Below, in pieces: positions 20,001 through 30,284 of a stretch of DNA of 64,000 nucleotides. Position 1 is the stretch's first letter, and each line of letters opens with the position of its first letter. The notes under the pieces were generated by a model, which was given only the letters and a program-made list of their open reading frames with translations, had not been told where the DNA came from and searched no databases. Where the stretch lies: assembly GCA_963708295.1 (NCBI GenBank), contig CAVPSJ010000008.1, forward strand, positions 160,001 to 224,000. Reading direction: 5' to 3'. The stretch is from an uncultured delta proteobacterium (GTDB lineage Bacteria; Desulfobacterota; BSN033; UBA1163). A program made the position numbers and the translations under genes.

Positions 20001-21880
20001 TGAGCCACCTTTTGAAGATTGAATATCTTGTGATCTTCCTGATCGAAGAAAATACAAGAAGGTTGAAGCCTTATACTTCCTCGGAAAGCCGTCGTCATCA
20101 TATCGAGTTTATCGAAGGTCTCGGGCTGAGCATCGGTGTAGGCATTTCTGGCTGGGTGGCTCAAGAAGGTGAGCCTCTTCTCGTGAATAATGTGAAAGAA
20201 GATAGAAGGTATGTCTGTGGCGATGAGGCGATCTGCTCCGAAATGTGTGTTCCTCTAAGGGTGGGGTCTCATGTCATTGGAGTGATCGATGTACAAAGCA
20301 GTGAAGAAAATGCTTTTTCCGAGGACGACCTGCGCTTGCTCAACGTCGTCGGAGGGCAAATCGCTACGGTCATCGAAAATATCCGTCTACGGGATGAGAT
20401 TAGGGAGTCAGAAGAGAAATACAGAACGGTCGTTGAGACCGCCCTGGATGGCGTCTGCGCCTTGGGGGGGGATTACCGGCTTAAGTTTGTTAATCAGAAG
20501 TTCTCGGAAATTCTGGGTTATACAAGGGGGGAATTGCTCAACACGGATTTCCGGGATTTTCTGGATGAAGAAAGCCGTAGGGTCGTGGCTGAACGGGAGG
20601 AGGAACAAAAGAAGGGAATGGAATTATCTCCCCACTTTGAGGCAAGGATCATTCGTAAAGATGGTGGGATGAGGGTTGCGGAAATCAGTGCCCGGATGAT
20701 AAGCGATTCGAAAGGGGAGGTGAACACCATCGTCATCCTGAAAGACGTCACCGAAAGGAAAAAGATGGAGGAAGAGTTGTTCCGGGCTGAAAAACTCGGG
20801 GCCATCGCCGAAATGGCAAGTGGCGTCGCCCATGATTTCAACAACGCCTTAGCGGCCATTCTCGGAAATACTCAACTCTTGCTTTATTCCGCGCAAGAGG
20901 GGGAGGCAAAGGAAACCCTGAAGACGATCGAGAAGGTGGCGAAGGACAGCAGCCAGACGGTCCGGCGACTTCAGGACTTTACGAAGAAGAGAGTTCGTCA
21001 GGAACTTTCCAGCGTGGATGTGAACTCCGTCATGAAGGATTCGATTGAGATTACGAAACCGAAGTGGAAGGATGAGGCCCAAAGCAAAGGGGTTTCTATC
21101 GAAATCGTCTCAACGTTTGAAGAAATCCCCCCTGTATCGGGAAATGACTCTGAACTGAGGGGTGTGTTCACCAACATGATCCTGAATGCCATCGAGGCGA
21201 TGCCAGAGGGGGGAAAGATCGAAATCTCCACGTTTAAGAAGAAGAAGGATGTGATCATCCAGATTTCGGATACAGGCGTCGGGATCGCTGAGGAGGCAAA
21301 AAAGAAGATTTTTGAACCGTTTTTTACGACGAAGCCCTTCACGAATACGGGGTTGGGGTTAAGTATGTCCTACGGGATCATCAAAAGGTTTGGAGGAGAG
21401 ATCGAGGTCGTGAGCGAACCGGGGTACGGAGCAACTTTCACCATCATTTTGCCGTCTGGAGAAGCTGAAAAAGACGAAGCCGTATCACCGCAAGGGATCA
21501 AACAAGGAAAGCAAGCCCGTATCCTCGTGATCGATGACGAGGAGGTTGTCCGGAGCGTCCTTTCTCGCACGCTCGTCAACGTCAACCATCAGGTGACGCT
21601 GGCGGCGAATGGGGAAAAGGGTGTTCAGATCTTTAAAGAGGGAAAATTTGATATGGTTCTCACCGACTTGGGAATGCCCGGGATGTCGGGTTGGGAGGTA
21701 TGCCGGACGATTAAACAGATAAGCCCTGACACGCCCGTAGGAATGATTACAGGATGGGGGGCGGAGATGGACCAAGGCAAAATGGAGGAGTACGGTCTTG
21801 ATTTTCTTCTCCCCAAGCCCTTCGATTTGAACCAAATATTGAACGTGGTGGCCGAAACGATGGAATCCAGGAAGGGATGA
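17063..21880 (+). CDS. Hybrid sensor kinase: Cache-HAMP-PAS-GAF-PAS-GAF-GAF-PAS-HisKA-HATPase-REC
   Basis: Two TM helices around a Cache region, HAMP 'DELGALTESFNKM', 'VAHDFNNAL', C-terminal REC 'ILVIDDE...TDLGMPGMSG...KPF'. Confidence 0.92.
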   Translation: MRNEMLGRIDKSLRLKWMFFSILLSTLPLVIASYSIIQIHQKNLRQSVITTEKDKADMVAGRTRSYFEKIRSNLCSLSIDEHFRQGGAPEHIERLLKDFLYQNDSLSELCLLDEKGKERIKVSKYNVFKPSDLRDQSRTDMFQTASNLRTYYGDLKLINEVVPSMVIAVPIQGYQRRPASVLSAEMDLRYLWNVIAQTRIGEKGITYVVDREGYLIAHPDTEHVATRTKINLRHLPMVARAIAGEEGNLEFEDSAGERYLVVFKPIKELGWGVIAQVPVEEAYEPVQQVAKSALKWVFIALAVALIISFLATRKYSHPIKQLAQEMGEVAKGNLDVYVKPATKDELGALTESFNKMTQDLKGSREALKETEERYRRVFEDSKDMLFMTSVDGKIAEVNQAGVNLLGYGSKEELTQAYARDTYFDPEDQKRLVKRVREEGFVKDFEVKLRRKDGSPIDVLATVNARREDSGRIEGYEGTLKDISDRRKMEEELVQRTRELEALNEMGALINQTLETDKVLPIALEKAVNLTGYEMGGIHLVNEVERTFELKHHYKHSSRLAEMAKVLKYGEGVAGRAVLLKQPVLFSVEDHPASQLTPVLKEEGVQTVLAFPLLGKGKVVGAITLLSRICRDLSQREVHLLESIGNQVGFALVNAKLFSDVARAKSEWETTFDSVTDLLTIRDKDYRILLANKAALDRFGLKPEELVGKKCYEVFRHSDKPCAGCYVSETIMTKSPVSVELESQYLKGIFRFNTFPIFGQAGDLIGVVEMAKEITEEKRLETEKDVVNNVNKILASSLDVKQMIQAVHSELKRVLECERMGVTLFDDEKKGFHFFLLSKEFESARLVPGIVYPQKGARFDKVVETGLPLIVPDTAGSDCWTDQELLKEGIHSCLLFPLEYKGRIIGTMNFGSRKVNHFSEASFDLLRQIASGVAISVQNALLFEEIRKRLDESTILYEITKISSLASLNMDQMLTEIAENLSHLLKIEYLVIFLIEENTRRLKPYTSSESRRHHIEFIEGLGLSIGVGISGWVAQEGEPLLVNNVKEDRRYVCGDEAICSEMCVPLRVGSHVIGVIDVQSSEENAFSEDDLRLLNVVGGQIATVIENIRLRDEIRESEEKYRTVVETALDGVCALGGDYRLKFVNQKFSEILGYTRGELLNTDFRDFLDEESRRVVAEREEEQKKGMELSPHFEARIIRKDGGMRVAEISARMISDSKGEVNTIVILKDVTERKKMEEELFRAEKLGAIAEMASGVAHDFNNALAAILGNTQLLLYSAQEGEAKETLKTIEKVAKDSSQTVRRLQDFTKKRVRQELSSVDVNSVMKDSIEITKPKWKDEAQSKGVSIEIVSTFEEIPPVSGNDSELRGVFTNMILNAIEAMPEGGKIEISTFKKKKDVIIQISDTGVGIAEEAKKKIFEPFFTTKPFTNTGLGLSMSYGIIKRFGGEIEVVSEPGYGATFTIILPSGEAEKDEAVSPQGIKQGKQARILVIDDEEVVRSVLSRTLVNVNHQVTLAANGEKGVQIFKEGKFDMVLTDLGMPGMSGWEVCRTIKQISPDTPVGMITGWGAEMDQGKMEEYGLDFLLPKPFDLNQILNVVAETMESRKG

Positions 21881-22032
21881 TTCCAGTATTCGCGATTTCT
21901 TCCCGAGTGATCTCAGCAGCCTTTTATCCTTGATTCGGCGGATGACCTCAAACATACGCCCCTGGGAAGCCCCTCCATCATAACGTCGTCTCATCGATAA
22001 GACGTCCTTCCTCAGAATCTTTCCTGTTCAAA

Positions 22033-22359
22033 CTTCGACAGCCCGAACCCGATTCTTTGAAATCAGGTTTACCGCAGGGCGAGATTGGTTAAATTCTCCA
22101 CCGCCTCAGCAGTTGCGGTGAGAACCCATCTTGGGTAGGCATGTCCGCCCCTTAAGAGAAAAAGGTGGGGAGGGTCGAGGGAGCTGAAGAGTTGATACAT
22201 TCGACAGCGCTAAACCCGATTTTTAAATCGGGGAAGGACGCCGCTTCCATCGACAAGCCTTTCGACAAGCTCAAGGCCGTGAATCTATCGAACGGCTCAC
22301 GGTCCTGAGTCTACCGAAGGGTTCACCATCCCTTAAGCCATTCCGAGCGAAGTCGAGAG
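22033..22359. repeat. Cluster of nested TTCGACA(A/G)-type REP-like palindromes
   Basis: Several TCGACA...CTCA..G / TGAG..T.TCGAA units; related copy at 49805-49841. Confidence 0.65.
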
Positions 22360-22450
22360 ACAGACCGGAGAATCGGATGGGTTGATTTTTGCCTGGTTTT
22401 ATAATAAATAAATCCATATCCATCGACACCCATGAAAGGAGGGTTTATTT

Positions 22451-23620
22451 ATGAAAAGAGGGGGTTTTCTTTCTGGTATTCTGGTTTTTTTATTTCTTTT
22501 TCTCGGTCTTTCCGCTTACGGACAGGATATTCCTATCGGATTCTTCGCGCCCATCACCGGACCAGCAGCCGCTGACGGCGCAAGCGCCAAGCATGCCGTA
22601 GAATTGGGCTTGAAAGAGGTAAACGACGGGGGCGGGATTAACGGAAGAAAAGTGAATTTAATCATCTATGACGACCGGTTGAACCCACAGGAAGCCGTTG
22701 CCATTGCAAACAAGCTGATCGAGAAGGACAAAGTCGTTGGCGTGGTCAGCGGTGCCTACAGCGGGCCGACCCGAGTCACCGCCCCTATTTTTCAGAAGGC
22801 CGGAATGCCCATGGTCGCGGGTTATGCGGTTCATCCGGACGTCACCTGGGATCCGAAGGAAAAGAAGCCGAACGATTTTTGTTTTCGCAACGGTTTCCTC
22901 GGCGAGATCGAGGGAGCGGCAGCTGCTGAATTTGCAGTCAAGAATTTAAAGGCCAAGAAAATAGCTCTCATTTTTATGGACAATGACTTCGGGAGAGCCA
23001 TCTCTTCGGGCTTTGCCGAAAGAGCGGAAAAACTGGGTGCAAAGGTCCTCACCAAGCAGATGTATAAATTCCCGGGAGAAAAAGATTTTCGTCCTTTTCT
23101 CACTCGAATCAAGGAAGGAAACCCGGATGTCATCTTCGCGGCAGGATATTACAACGAAGCCGCCTCGATTGTAAGGCAGGCCAAAGAGCTCGGAATCAAG
23201 AGTCAGATCCTGGGTGAGGAAGGTTTTGATTCCCCCAAGTTCCTGGAAATCGCCGGGCCAGCCGCAGAAGGTGTGATCATTGCGACCAATCTTGACCGGG
23301 ATGACCCTCGGCCGCTGGTTCAAACCTTCCTGAAGAATTACCGAACCGCCTATAATGAAGATGCGGACATGGTCGGCGCCTCCAGCTATGATGCTTTTAT
23401 GATTCTTGTTAACGCAATCCGAAAAGCCGGGACAGACCCCAAGGCCATTCAGAAGGCCTTGCTCGAAACCAAAGACTATAATGGTCTGACAGGAAAGATC
23501 AGCCGCTTTGTCCAGGGCGAAGTAGTCAAACCAGTCCAGATTCAGGTGGTTAAAGGCGGAAAGTTCCGTCGGCTTGGCGTGGTCGATAACCCAGAGGTGA
23601 TTACCCCGCCTACAAAATAG
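22451..23620 (+). CDS. Branched-chain amino acid-type ABC transporter substrate-binding protein
   Basis: Signal peptide; 'IGFFAPITGPAAADG', 'NDGGGINGRK', 'DNDFGR'. Confidence 0.92.
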   Translation: MKRGGFLSGILVFLFLFLGLSAYGQDIPIGFFAPITGPAAADGASAKHAVELGLKEVNDGGGINGRKVNLIIYDDRLNPQEAVAIANKLIEKDKVVGVVSGAYSGPTRVTAPIFQKAGMPMVAGYAVHPDVTWDPKEKKPNDFCFRNGFLGEIEGAAAAEFAVKNLKAKKIALIFMDNDFGRAISSGFAERAEKLGAKVLTKQMYKFPGEKDFRPFLTRIKEGNPDVIFAAGYYNEAASIVRQAKELGIKSQILGEEGFDSPKFLEIAGPAAEGVIIATNLDRDDPRPLVQTFLKNYRTAYNEDADMVGASSYDAFMILVNAIRKAGTDPKAIQKALLETKDYNGLTGKISRFVQGEVVKPVQIQVVKGGKFRRLGVVDNPEVITPPTK

Positions 23621-23623
23621 GCA

Positions 23624-23738
23624 AGTAGTGATCAGTAATCAGTGCATTAGTTCAGATCATCCCTTCCCCTTTCTCATCTTAGAAGGGAAGGGGATGATCT
23701 TGTGTTCTGATGACTGTTAACTGATCACTGATTACTGG
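23624..23738. repeat. 7-mer-armed palindrome enclosing a strong hairpin
   Basis: agtgatcagtaatcagt ... actgatcactgattact around agatcatcccttccc/gggaaggggatgatct. Confidence 0.7.
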
Positions 23739-23745
23739 ATTTAAG

Positions 23746-24603
23746 ATGCTCTGGCAACAACTCGCTAACGGAATTGCCATAGGCAGCGTCTATGCTCTGA
23801 TTTCTCTCGGGCTGACGATGGTCTATGGAATTCTGCGAATTCTTCACGTTGCCCATGCCGGCATTTACGCCCTGGGGGCTTATGTCGGTCTCCTCTCTTT
23901 TCGGCTCGTTGGCAACTTCTGGCTCTCTCTCATCATCGGTATGGCAGGAGCCGCCGTTGCCGGATTTCTTGTAGAACGGTTTTTATACACGCCGCTCCTC
24001 CATCTGCCAAGAATTGCTCCTCTCATCGTGTCGATCGGCCTCTTCACCGCCATGGAGGAAGCCTTTCGCATTGTCGCGGGACCCCATACGCTGGCGTACA
24101 ACGCCCGTGTCGGGCTGGGTGATCTTTCGGTCGGCAGCTTCCATCTGACAGAAACCCAGATTCTTATCCTCTTTCTTACGTTGGCGATCTTAATTTTTCT
24201 CTGGGCCTTCCTCGCCAAGACCCGCACCGGATTGGCGATGCGGGCCTGCGCCCAGGACCCTGAAACGACCTCGGCATTCGGTGTGAACGTGAGCGCGGTC
24301 ATTGCTGTGAACTTCCTGATCGGTTCGGCTATGGCCGGTGCGGCAGGAGTTCTGATCGGGGTCTACGATAACCAGGTGTGGCCCACCATGGGCAGCATCC
24401 CGGCCTATAAGGCCCTGGCCATTGTTGTTCTCGGGGGGCTTGGAAATATTCCAGGAACGGTGCTTGCATCGATCGTGGTCGGATTGGCGGAGACGTTCTT
24501 CATAGGGGTCTTGGCCGTTCCTTTCCCGAGGGATGCCGTCGCTTTCGTGGCCATGATTATCGTTTTAATGTTTAAGCCCTATGGACTGTTGGGAAAGGCA
24601 TAG
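23746..24603 (+). CDS. livH: ABC transporter permease, LivH type
   Basis: 'YALISLGLTMVYGIL...AHAG', 'TRTGLAMRA', 'VLGGLGNIPG'. Confidence 0.9.
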   Translation: MLWQQLANGIAIGSVYALISLGLTMVYGILRILHVAHAGIYALGAYVGLLSFRLVGNFWLSLIIGMAGAAVAGFLVERFLYTPLLHLPRIAPLIVSIGLFTAMEEAFRIVAGPHTLAYNARVGLGDLSVGSFHLTETQILILFLTLAILIFLWAFLAKTRTGLAMRACAQDPETTSAFGVNVSAVIAVNFLIGSAMAGAAGVLIGVYDNQVWPTMGSIPAYKALAIVVLGGLGNIPGTVLASIVVGLAETFFIGVLAVPFPRDAVAFVAMIIVLMFKPYGLLGKA

Positions 24604-24696
24604 CCCCGGGGATGGGTCATCTTAATGCCAGGACATCAGACAAAAGCTTTCTTGATACCCGGGTTGCCTTGATTTCCTGATGCCCTCAAGAGTTTT

Positions 24697-25590
24697 ATGA
24701 TCAGCGGATATCTTCTCACCATTCTCATCACCATCGTCATCTATGCCATGTTGGCCCATAGTCTCAACATCATCACTGGTCATGCAGGACAAATCTCCCT
24801 CGGTCACGCCTCTTTCTTCGGCATCGGCGCCTATACATCGGCCATGCTCTATACGGAGGCCGGGTTCCCGTTTTGGATCTCCGTTCCCATGGCTGCGGTT
24901 GCGGCGGGGATCGTTGGAGCCTTGCTGGGAATCCCTTGTTTACGCGTCCGCGACGACTTTTTGGCTATCACGACGATGGGCATTAATTTTGTTGTGGAAG
25001 CCATTTTCCTCTATCTTCCGTTCTTCGGCGGTGCGATGGGTATTGGAGGAATCAACCTTCCCAGATGGTTTGGACGTGAGATGACCAAGCCCGAGTATTT
25101 CATTCTCATTCTTGTCGTCTTCGGCCTTCTGCTCGTGCTGGATCGTCGAATGGGACGTTCATGGATTGGATTGGCCTGGGCCTCGATCCGAGAAGATGAA
25201 CAGGCTGCGGGGGCAATGGGAGTGGATGTGGTCCGTTTTAAAGTGTTGGCCTTTATTCTTGGCAGTGCCATTGCCGGGCTGGCCGGAGGATTTTATGCCC
25301 ACTTTTTAACCTTCATCATGCCCCAGAATTTCGGGTTCGGTCAATCCATCGTCATTCTTTCGATGGTGGTCTTCGGCGGAATCGGGAGCCGCTGGGGTCC
25401 GATCGTCGGAGCCATCATTCTGGGGATTCTGCCGGAGGTCTCCAGACCCATCATGGAGTACCGGATCTTGATCTACGGAATTCTTCTCCTGGGCATGATG
25501 CGTTTCCAGCCCGGCGGCCTCTTGGGTCCTGAATCGATTCTTCCGAGAATTCTCCGGCGTTCTGTCTATGGCCTGCGCGGCCAGGAGTAG
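24697..25590 (+). CDS. livM: ABC transporter permease, LivM type
   Basis: 'GQISLGHASFFGIGAY', 'IREDEQAA'. Confidence 0.9.
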   Translation: MISGYLLTILITIVIYAMLAHSLNIITGHAGQISLGHASFFGIGAYTSAMLYTEAGFPFWISVPMAAVAAGIVGALLGIPCLRVRDDFLAITTMGINFVVEAIFLYLPFFGGAMGIGGINLPRWFGREMTKPEYFILILVVFGLLLVLDRRMGRSWIGLAWASIREDEQAAGAMGVDVVRFKVLAFILGSAIAGLAGGFYAHFLTFIMPQNFGFGQSIVILSMVVFGGIGSRWGPIVGAIILGILPEVSRPIMEYRILIYGILLLGMMRFQPGGLLGPESILPRILRRSVYGLRGQE

Positions 25591-25596
25591 AAATCC

Positions 25597-26343
25597 ATGT
25601 CTCTATTGGAAGTGAGGGCTCTGAGTAAGGAATTCGGCGGCCTGCGTGCCCTGGAGGGGGTAAGTTTTGCTGCTGAGGAAGGCGAGATCCTGGGGATCAT
25701 CGGCCCCAATGGAGCAGGCAAGACGACCCTCTTCAATCTTATTTCAGGCGTCTACGCCCCTTCAAGCGGAGAAATGATCTTTCAAGGTGAGTCGATTCTT
25801 CGTCTGAAGCCACACCAGATCAGTCGCCTGGGCATCGGTCGAACTTTTCAAATTGTCCGCCCCTTCCAGAATTTGGATGTTGAGACCAATGTCCTGGTAG
25901 CCCTTGGACATCGTTACTATCCTTCTCTCTGGAAATCCAGTGCGCCCTATAGGCAACCCGGGATCCTCGAGGAGGTTCAGGCCCTCATCGAGAGAGCCGG
26001 CCTCCGGCCCTATACGAACCAGTTGGCCAAAAATCTTCCCCTCGGTTTTAAGAAGCGTCTCGAAATTGCCCGTGCCCTCGCACTCGGCCCGCGTCTCCTC
26101 CTGCTGGATGAACCCTCTGCCGGTTTGCGTTTTGAAGAATCCACGCAGCTCATGGAGCTGATTCGTCAGGTGCTGGAACAAGGCATTGGCGTCCTCCTGA
26201 TCGAGCATAACATGCAGGTTGTCATGGACCTTTGCAAGCGGATCGTGGTTCTGGATCACGGCTCAAAGATTGCGGAAGGCTCTCCCGAGGAGATTCGCTC
26301 AAACCCCCTGGTCATCCAGGCCTATCTGGGAAAGGAGACATAA
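25597..26343 (+). CDS. livG: ABC transporter ATPase, LivG type
   Basis: 'GPNGAGKTT', 'LLLDEP', 'LIEHNM'. Confidence 0.92.
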   Translation: MSLLEVRALSKEFGGLRALEGVSFAAEEGEILGIIGPNGAGKTTLFNLISGVYAPSSGEMIFQGESILRLKPHQISRLGIGRTFQIVRPFQNLDVETNVLVALGHRYYPSLWKSSAPYRQPGILEEVQALIERAGLRPYTNQLAKNLPLGFKKRLEIARALALGPRLLLLDEPSAGLRFEESTQLMELIRQVLEQGIGVLLIEHNMQVVMDLCKRIVVLDHGSKIAEGSPEEIRSNPLVIQAYLGKET

Positions 26344-27051
26344 ATGCTGGAAGCCCGTGAGATGGAGGTTTCTTACGGCGAGTTTTTGGCCCTGAGGGGG
26401 ATAAACTTCACCGTCAAGGAAGGAGAGCTGGTGACCATCATCGGAGCCAACGGTGCGGGCAAAAGCACGATCCTTCGGGCGGTGATGGGTCTGGTGAGGT
26501 GCCGGAAAGGAGCAATCTTCTTCCGAGGCGAAAATATTACGCTGAGTCCTCCTCATCGCCGGGCTCGTTTGGGCATCGGTCTTGTCCCAGAAGGAAGAAA
26601 AATTTTTCCCGACCTAACCGTGGCTGAAAACCTCATCATGGGAGCCTACGTTCAGGAGGACAGGAAGGCGATCCCGTCCCGTATGGAAGAGGCTTTTGGC
26701 CTTTTTCCCGTTTTAAAAGAGAGACGGAGTCAGGTCGGCAAAACGTTGAGCGGCGGAGAACAACAGATGCTGGCCATCGCGCGGGCCTTGATGTCCGGGC
26801 CCCGGGTGATTCTGATGGATGAGGTGTCCTTAGGGTTGATGCCCATTTATGTCGAGGAAACCTTTAAAGTCATCCAAAACCTACACCAGCAAGGAGTGAC
26901 CATTCTGCTCGTGGAGCAAAACGCCCGCAAAGCCCTTGCTGCGGCGGATCGGGGGTACGTGCTCGAAACGGGCGAGATTGTCCTGAGTGATCGGGCTGAG
27001 AAATTGGCCCTGAATCCCCGAGTCAAGAAAGCCTACCTGGGCGGAGCGTGA
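26344..27051 (+). CDS. livF: ABC transporter ATPase, LivF type
   Basis: 'GANGAGKST', 'LSGGEQQMLAI', 'LVEQN'. Confidence 0.92.
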   Translation: MLEAREMEVSYGEFLALRGINFTVKEGELVTIIGANGAGKSTILRAVMGLVRCRKGAIFFRGENITLSPPHRRARLGIGLVPEGRKIFPDLTVAENLIMGAYVQEDRKAIPSRMEEAFGLFPVLKERRSQVGKTLSGGEQQMLAIARALMSGPRVILMDEVSLGLMPIYVEETFKVIQNLHQQGVTILLVEQNARKALAAADRGYVLETGEIVLSDRAEKLALNPRVKKAYLGGA

Positions 27052-27101
27052 GACACGGAGGGGTTATCATGGGAAGTTGTTAGGAACGACGAGGTGAGAA
27101 C

Positions 27102-28820
27102 ATGGAGAAGAAAAAAGCAAAAGTAAAGGTCAGGGAGAAGGCGGAGACACTGACGGGCATTCAGGTCGGGATCAAGGCGCCTCGAGGATCGAAAATCACC
27201 TGCAAGACCTGGCAGACGGAGGCCGCTTTAAGAATGTTGATGAATAACCTCGATTCAGAAGTGGCTGAAAAACCGGCCGAACTCATCGTCTACGGGGGGT
27301 CCGGCAAAGCGGCCAGAAACTGGGAGGCGTACCATTCGATAGTTGAATGTCTGAGGAATTTAGAAAAGGATGAAACGTTGCTCGTCCAATCGGGCAAACC
27401 CGTTGGGATCTTTAAAACCCACGCGGATGCCCCCCGGGTTTTGATTTCAAACGCGATGTTGGTTCCCCATTGGGCCAACTGGGAGAAGTTCAGGGAGTTG
27501 GAAGAGTTGGGGCTTACGATGTACGGCCAGATGACGGCGGGAAGCTGGATCTATATCGGAACCCAGGGGATCCTTCAGGGGACGTATGAAACCTTTGGCT
27601 CGGCGGCGAAGAAACACTTTGGAGGGTCACTCAGAGGGAGACTCATCCTTTCAGCGGGCCTTGGAGGAATGGGGGGAGCTCAGCCTCTGGCGGCCACGCT
27701 GAACGAAGGGGTTTTTTTAGGCGTGGAGGTTGATCCGGCAAGGATGAAACGCCGCCTCGAGACAGGATATCTGGATGTGATAGTGGATCGTTTGGAAGAT
27801 GCCCTTATCCTGGCTTTAGGGGCGAAAGAGAAGGGGATGCCAAAATCCATCGGCCTCGTAGGGAATGCCGCAGAGGTTCATCCGGAGATCGTGAAGCGGG
27901 GCATTATTCCCGACCTGGTCACAGACCAGACATCAGCCCATGATGCGTTAAACGGGTACGTTCCTGCCGGGATCACTCTTGATGAGGCCATTAAACTTCG
28001 AAGGAAAGAACCGCAGACCTATATCCGTCGAGCGATGGAGTCCATGGCCGTTCATGTTCAGGCGATGCTGGAATTGCAAAAGAAGGGATCGGTTGTCTTT
28101 GATTACGGTAACAATATTCGGGCCCAGGCATTCCAGGCGGGAGTAAAAGAGGCATTTCATTATCCCGGATTTGTTCCTGCCTTTATCCGGCCTCTCTTCT
28201 GCGAAGGCAAGGGACCCTTCCGCTGGGCTGCCCTGTCGGGAGATCCGGAGGATATCTATCGAACGGATGATGCGATCCTGAAGGAGTTTCCCGACGATGT
28301 CTCTCTCGCGAGATGGATTCGATTGGCAAGGGAGAAGGTAAGATTCCAGGGACTCCCGGCCAGGATCTGCTGGCTGGGATACGGCCAGAGGGCGAGGATC
28401 GGAAAAGTCTTCAACACGATGGTTACCAAGGGGAAACTCAAGGCACCGATTGTGATCGGAAGAGACCATCTCGACAGCGGTTCGGTCGCTTCTCCCTATC
28501 GTGAGACAGAGGGGATGAGGGACGGAAGCGATGCCATTGCAGACTGGCCTATTTTGAATGCCCTTCTCAACGTGGCTTCCGGAGCGACTTGGGTGTCTGT
28601 TCACCACGGCGGGGGCGTGGGGATCGGTTACTCCATCCATGCCGGGATGGTGGTTGTCGCCGATGGAACAAAGGATGCGGAAAGAAGGCTGCTGCGGGTT
28701 TTGACGACAGATCCCGGGACCGGCGTGATGCGTCATGCAGACGCGGGATATGAAGAAGCGATTCAAACCGCGAAAGAGAAGGGGATTAAAATCCCGGGGG
28801 TGACGATCTACCAACGGTAG
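27102..28820 (+). CDS. hutU: Urocanate hydratase
   Basis: '[26 protein letters not shown]', '[18 protein letters not shown]'. Confidence 0.98.
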   Translation: MEKKKAKVKVREKAETLTGIQVGIKAPRGSKITCKTWQTEAALRMLMNNLDSEVAEKPAELIVYGGSGKAARNWEAYHSIVECLRNLEKDETLLVQSGKPVGIFKTHADAPRVLISNAMLVPHWANWEKFRELEELGLTMYGQMTAGSWIYIGTQGILQGTYETFGSAAKKHFGGSLRGRLILSAGLGGMGGAQPLAATLNEGVFLGVEVDPARMKRRLETGYLDVIVDRLEDALILALGAKEKGMPKSIGLVGNAAEVHPEIVKRGIIPDLVTDQTSAHDALNGYVPAGITLDEAIKLRRKEPQTYIRRAMESMAVHVQAMLELQKKGSVVFDYGNNIRAQAFQAGVKEAFHYPGFVPAFIRPLFCEGKGPFRWAALSGDPEDIYRTDDAILKEFPDDVSLARWIRLAREKVRFQGLPARICWLGYGQRARIGKVFNTMVTKGKLKAPIVIGRDHLDSGSVASPYRETEGMRDGSDAIADWPILNALLNVASGATWVSVHHGGGVGIGYSIHAGMVVVADGTKDAERRLLRVLTTDPGTGVMRHADAGYEEAIQTAKEKGIKIPGVTIYQR

Positions 28821-29315
28821 TTCATATCCCGGGTTCTATGGGCAAAAAGCAACAGGCGATGGAGGCATCTCCAAATCCGTGATAGAAGCTTTTCCTTTTT
28901 ATAACTGACCAGAGTTGGCCGCGACTCCATGACGGAATAGGCGGTCAGGATCCGAAGATCTAGGGCGGAAACCTTTTATCAGCCAGCCACTACGGTAAAC
29001 ACCCATAAAGAGATTGTATTTGTAAGAAGCTCGATTGCCCATAACTCTAAAAGACCGCACCCTAAAGCTAAGGAGCCTGAGTGCCTGTTCCGCCTGTATC
29101 GTCCCTTCATGAATGGTTGCAACACAGTCTCCTGAGGGAGAGGGAACACGGTTTTCAAGGGGGAGAGGGGAACATTCCATGGTTGTCGCGGGAAAAGAGA
29201 TGCTCCTATAGGAAATAAACGATTTGATTTCCTCGAGGGTATGTGATAATAGTTTCAAGTATTTTGTGGAATCCGAAAAGGTTCCCAGATTAATCCTTTG
29301 AAGGAGGGGATGGAT

Positions 29316-30281
29316 ATGAAGAAGAGTTTAGTCGCAGGGGTGATGGTTCTTGCATTTTTAGCGGCGGGTTCTGCATTCGGTGCCGAACCGATCAAGCTGG
29401 GGATGTCTACCTGGCTCGGGTACGCGCCCTTATATCTGGCCAAAGAAAAAGGGTTTTTTAGTAAGCGGGGAGTGGAAGTGGAAGTGGTCGTCATCGAAAG
29501 CCCTGCAGATCGAAGAGCGGCATTTGCTGCGGACAAGATTCAGGGAATGGCGACGACCGTGGACACGCACGTGATGACCACAGCCGCTGAAAACCCGATT
29601 CCGGTAAAACAGGTCCTGGCCCTCGACGATTCCCATGGGGGCGACGGCATGGTGGCAAAAAAGGAGATTAAGACGATCAAAGACCTGAAGGGGAAGACCG
29701 TCGCTGCTCAGCTCGGCGCAGGGGCAAGCTATTTCTGGCTGAACTATGTCCTGGCACAGAATGGGATGAAGCTTAGCGATCTCAAGGCCATCGATATGAA
29801 GGCAGGCGATGCGGGCTCGGCCTTTGTGGCCGGCAAGGTGGACGCCGCCGTGACGTGGGAACCCTGGCTCTCGAAGGCCAAGGAGACCCCCTTCGGCCAC
29901 GTCCTGCTTTCAAGCGATAAGACCCCCGGGATTATCGTGGACTCCCTGGCTTTCAAGCCCGAATTCTTGAAGAAACGCGGGGCGGATGTGAAGAAGATTG
30001 TCGCCGGATGGTATGAGGCGGTCAAGTTTGCTTCCGAGAATCCAAAGGAAGCGGATGCGATCATGGCAAAATTTACAGGCCAGAAGCCCGAGGAATTCAC
30101 AAAAGATAAGACAGGGGTCCGGTTCTATGGCGTAAACGAAAATAAAGATTACTTTGGAACGCCACAAAAGCCCGGCCTCCTCTATACCGTGACCCAACGC
30201 GCGGCAGATTTCTGGTTTGAATTGAAGTTGATCAAGACCAAACCAAAGGCAGCCGATTTGATCGATGGGTCATTCCTTTAG
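29316..30281 (+). CDS. NitT/TauT-family ABC substrate-binding protein
   Basis: Signal peptide; 'WLGYAPLYLAKEKGFF', 'DDSHGGDG', 'VDAAVTWEPW'. Confidence 0.9.
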   Translation: MKKSLVAGVMVLAFLAAGSAFGAEPIKLGMSTWLGYAPLYLAKEKGFFSKRGVEVEVVVIESPADRRAAFAADKIQGMATTVDTHVMTTAAENPIPVKQVLALDDSHGGDGMVAKKEIKTIKDLKGKTVAAQLGAGASYFWLNYVLAQNGMKLSDLKAIDMKAGDAGSAFVAGKVDAAVTWEPWLSKAKETPFGHVLLSSDKTPGIIVDSLAFKPEFLKKRGADVKKIVAGWYEAVKFASENPKEADAIMAKFTGQKPEEFTKDKTGVRFYGVNENKDYFGTPQKPGLLYTVTQRAADFWFELKLIKTKPKAADLIDGSFL

Positions 30282-30284
30282 CCG

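Noticed and set aside
28830-29300. Riboswitch or gene upstream of the NitT/TauT ABC transporter
   Set aside because: No recognisable guanidine or other aptamer consensus; the 119-aa antisense ORF has no recognisable features.
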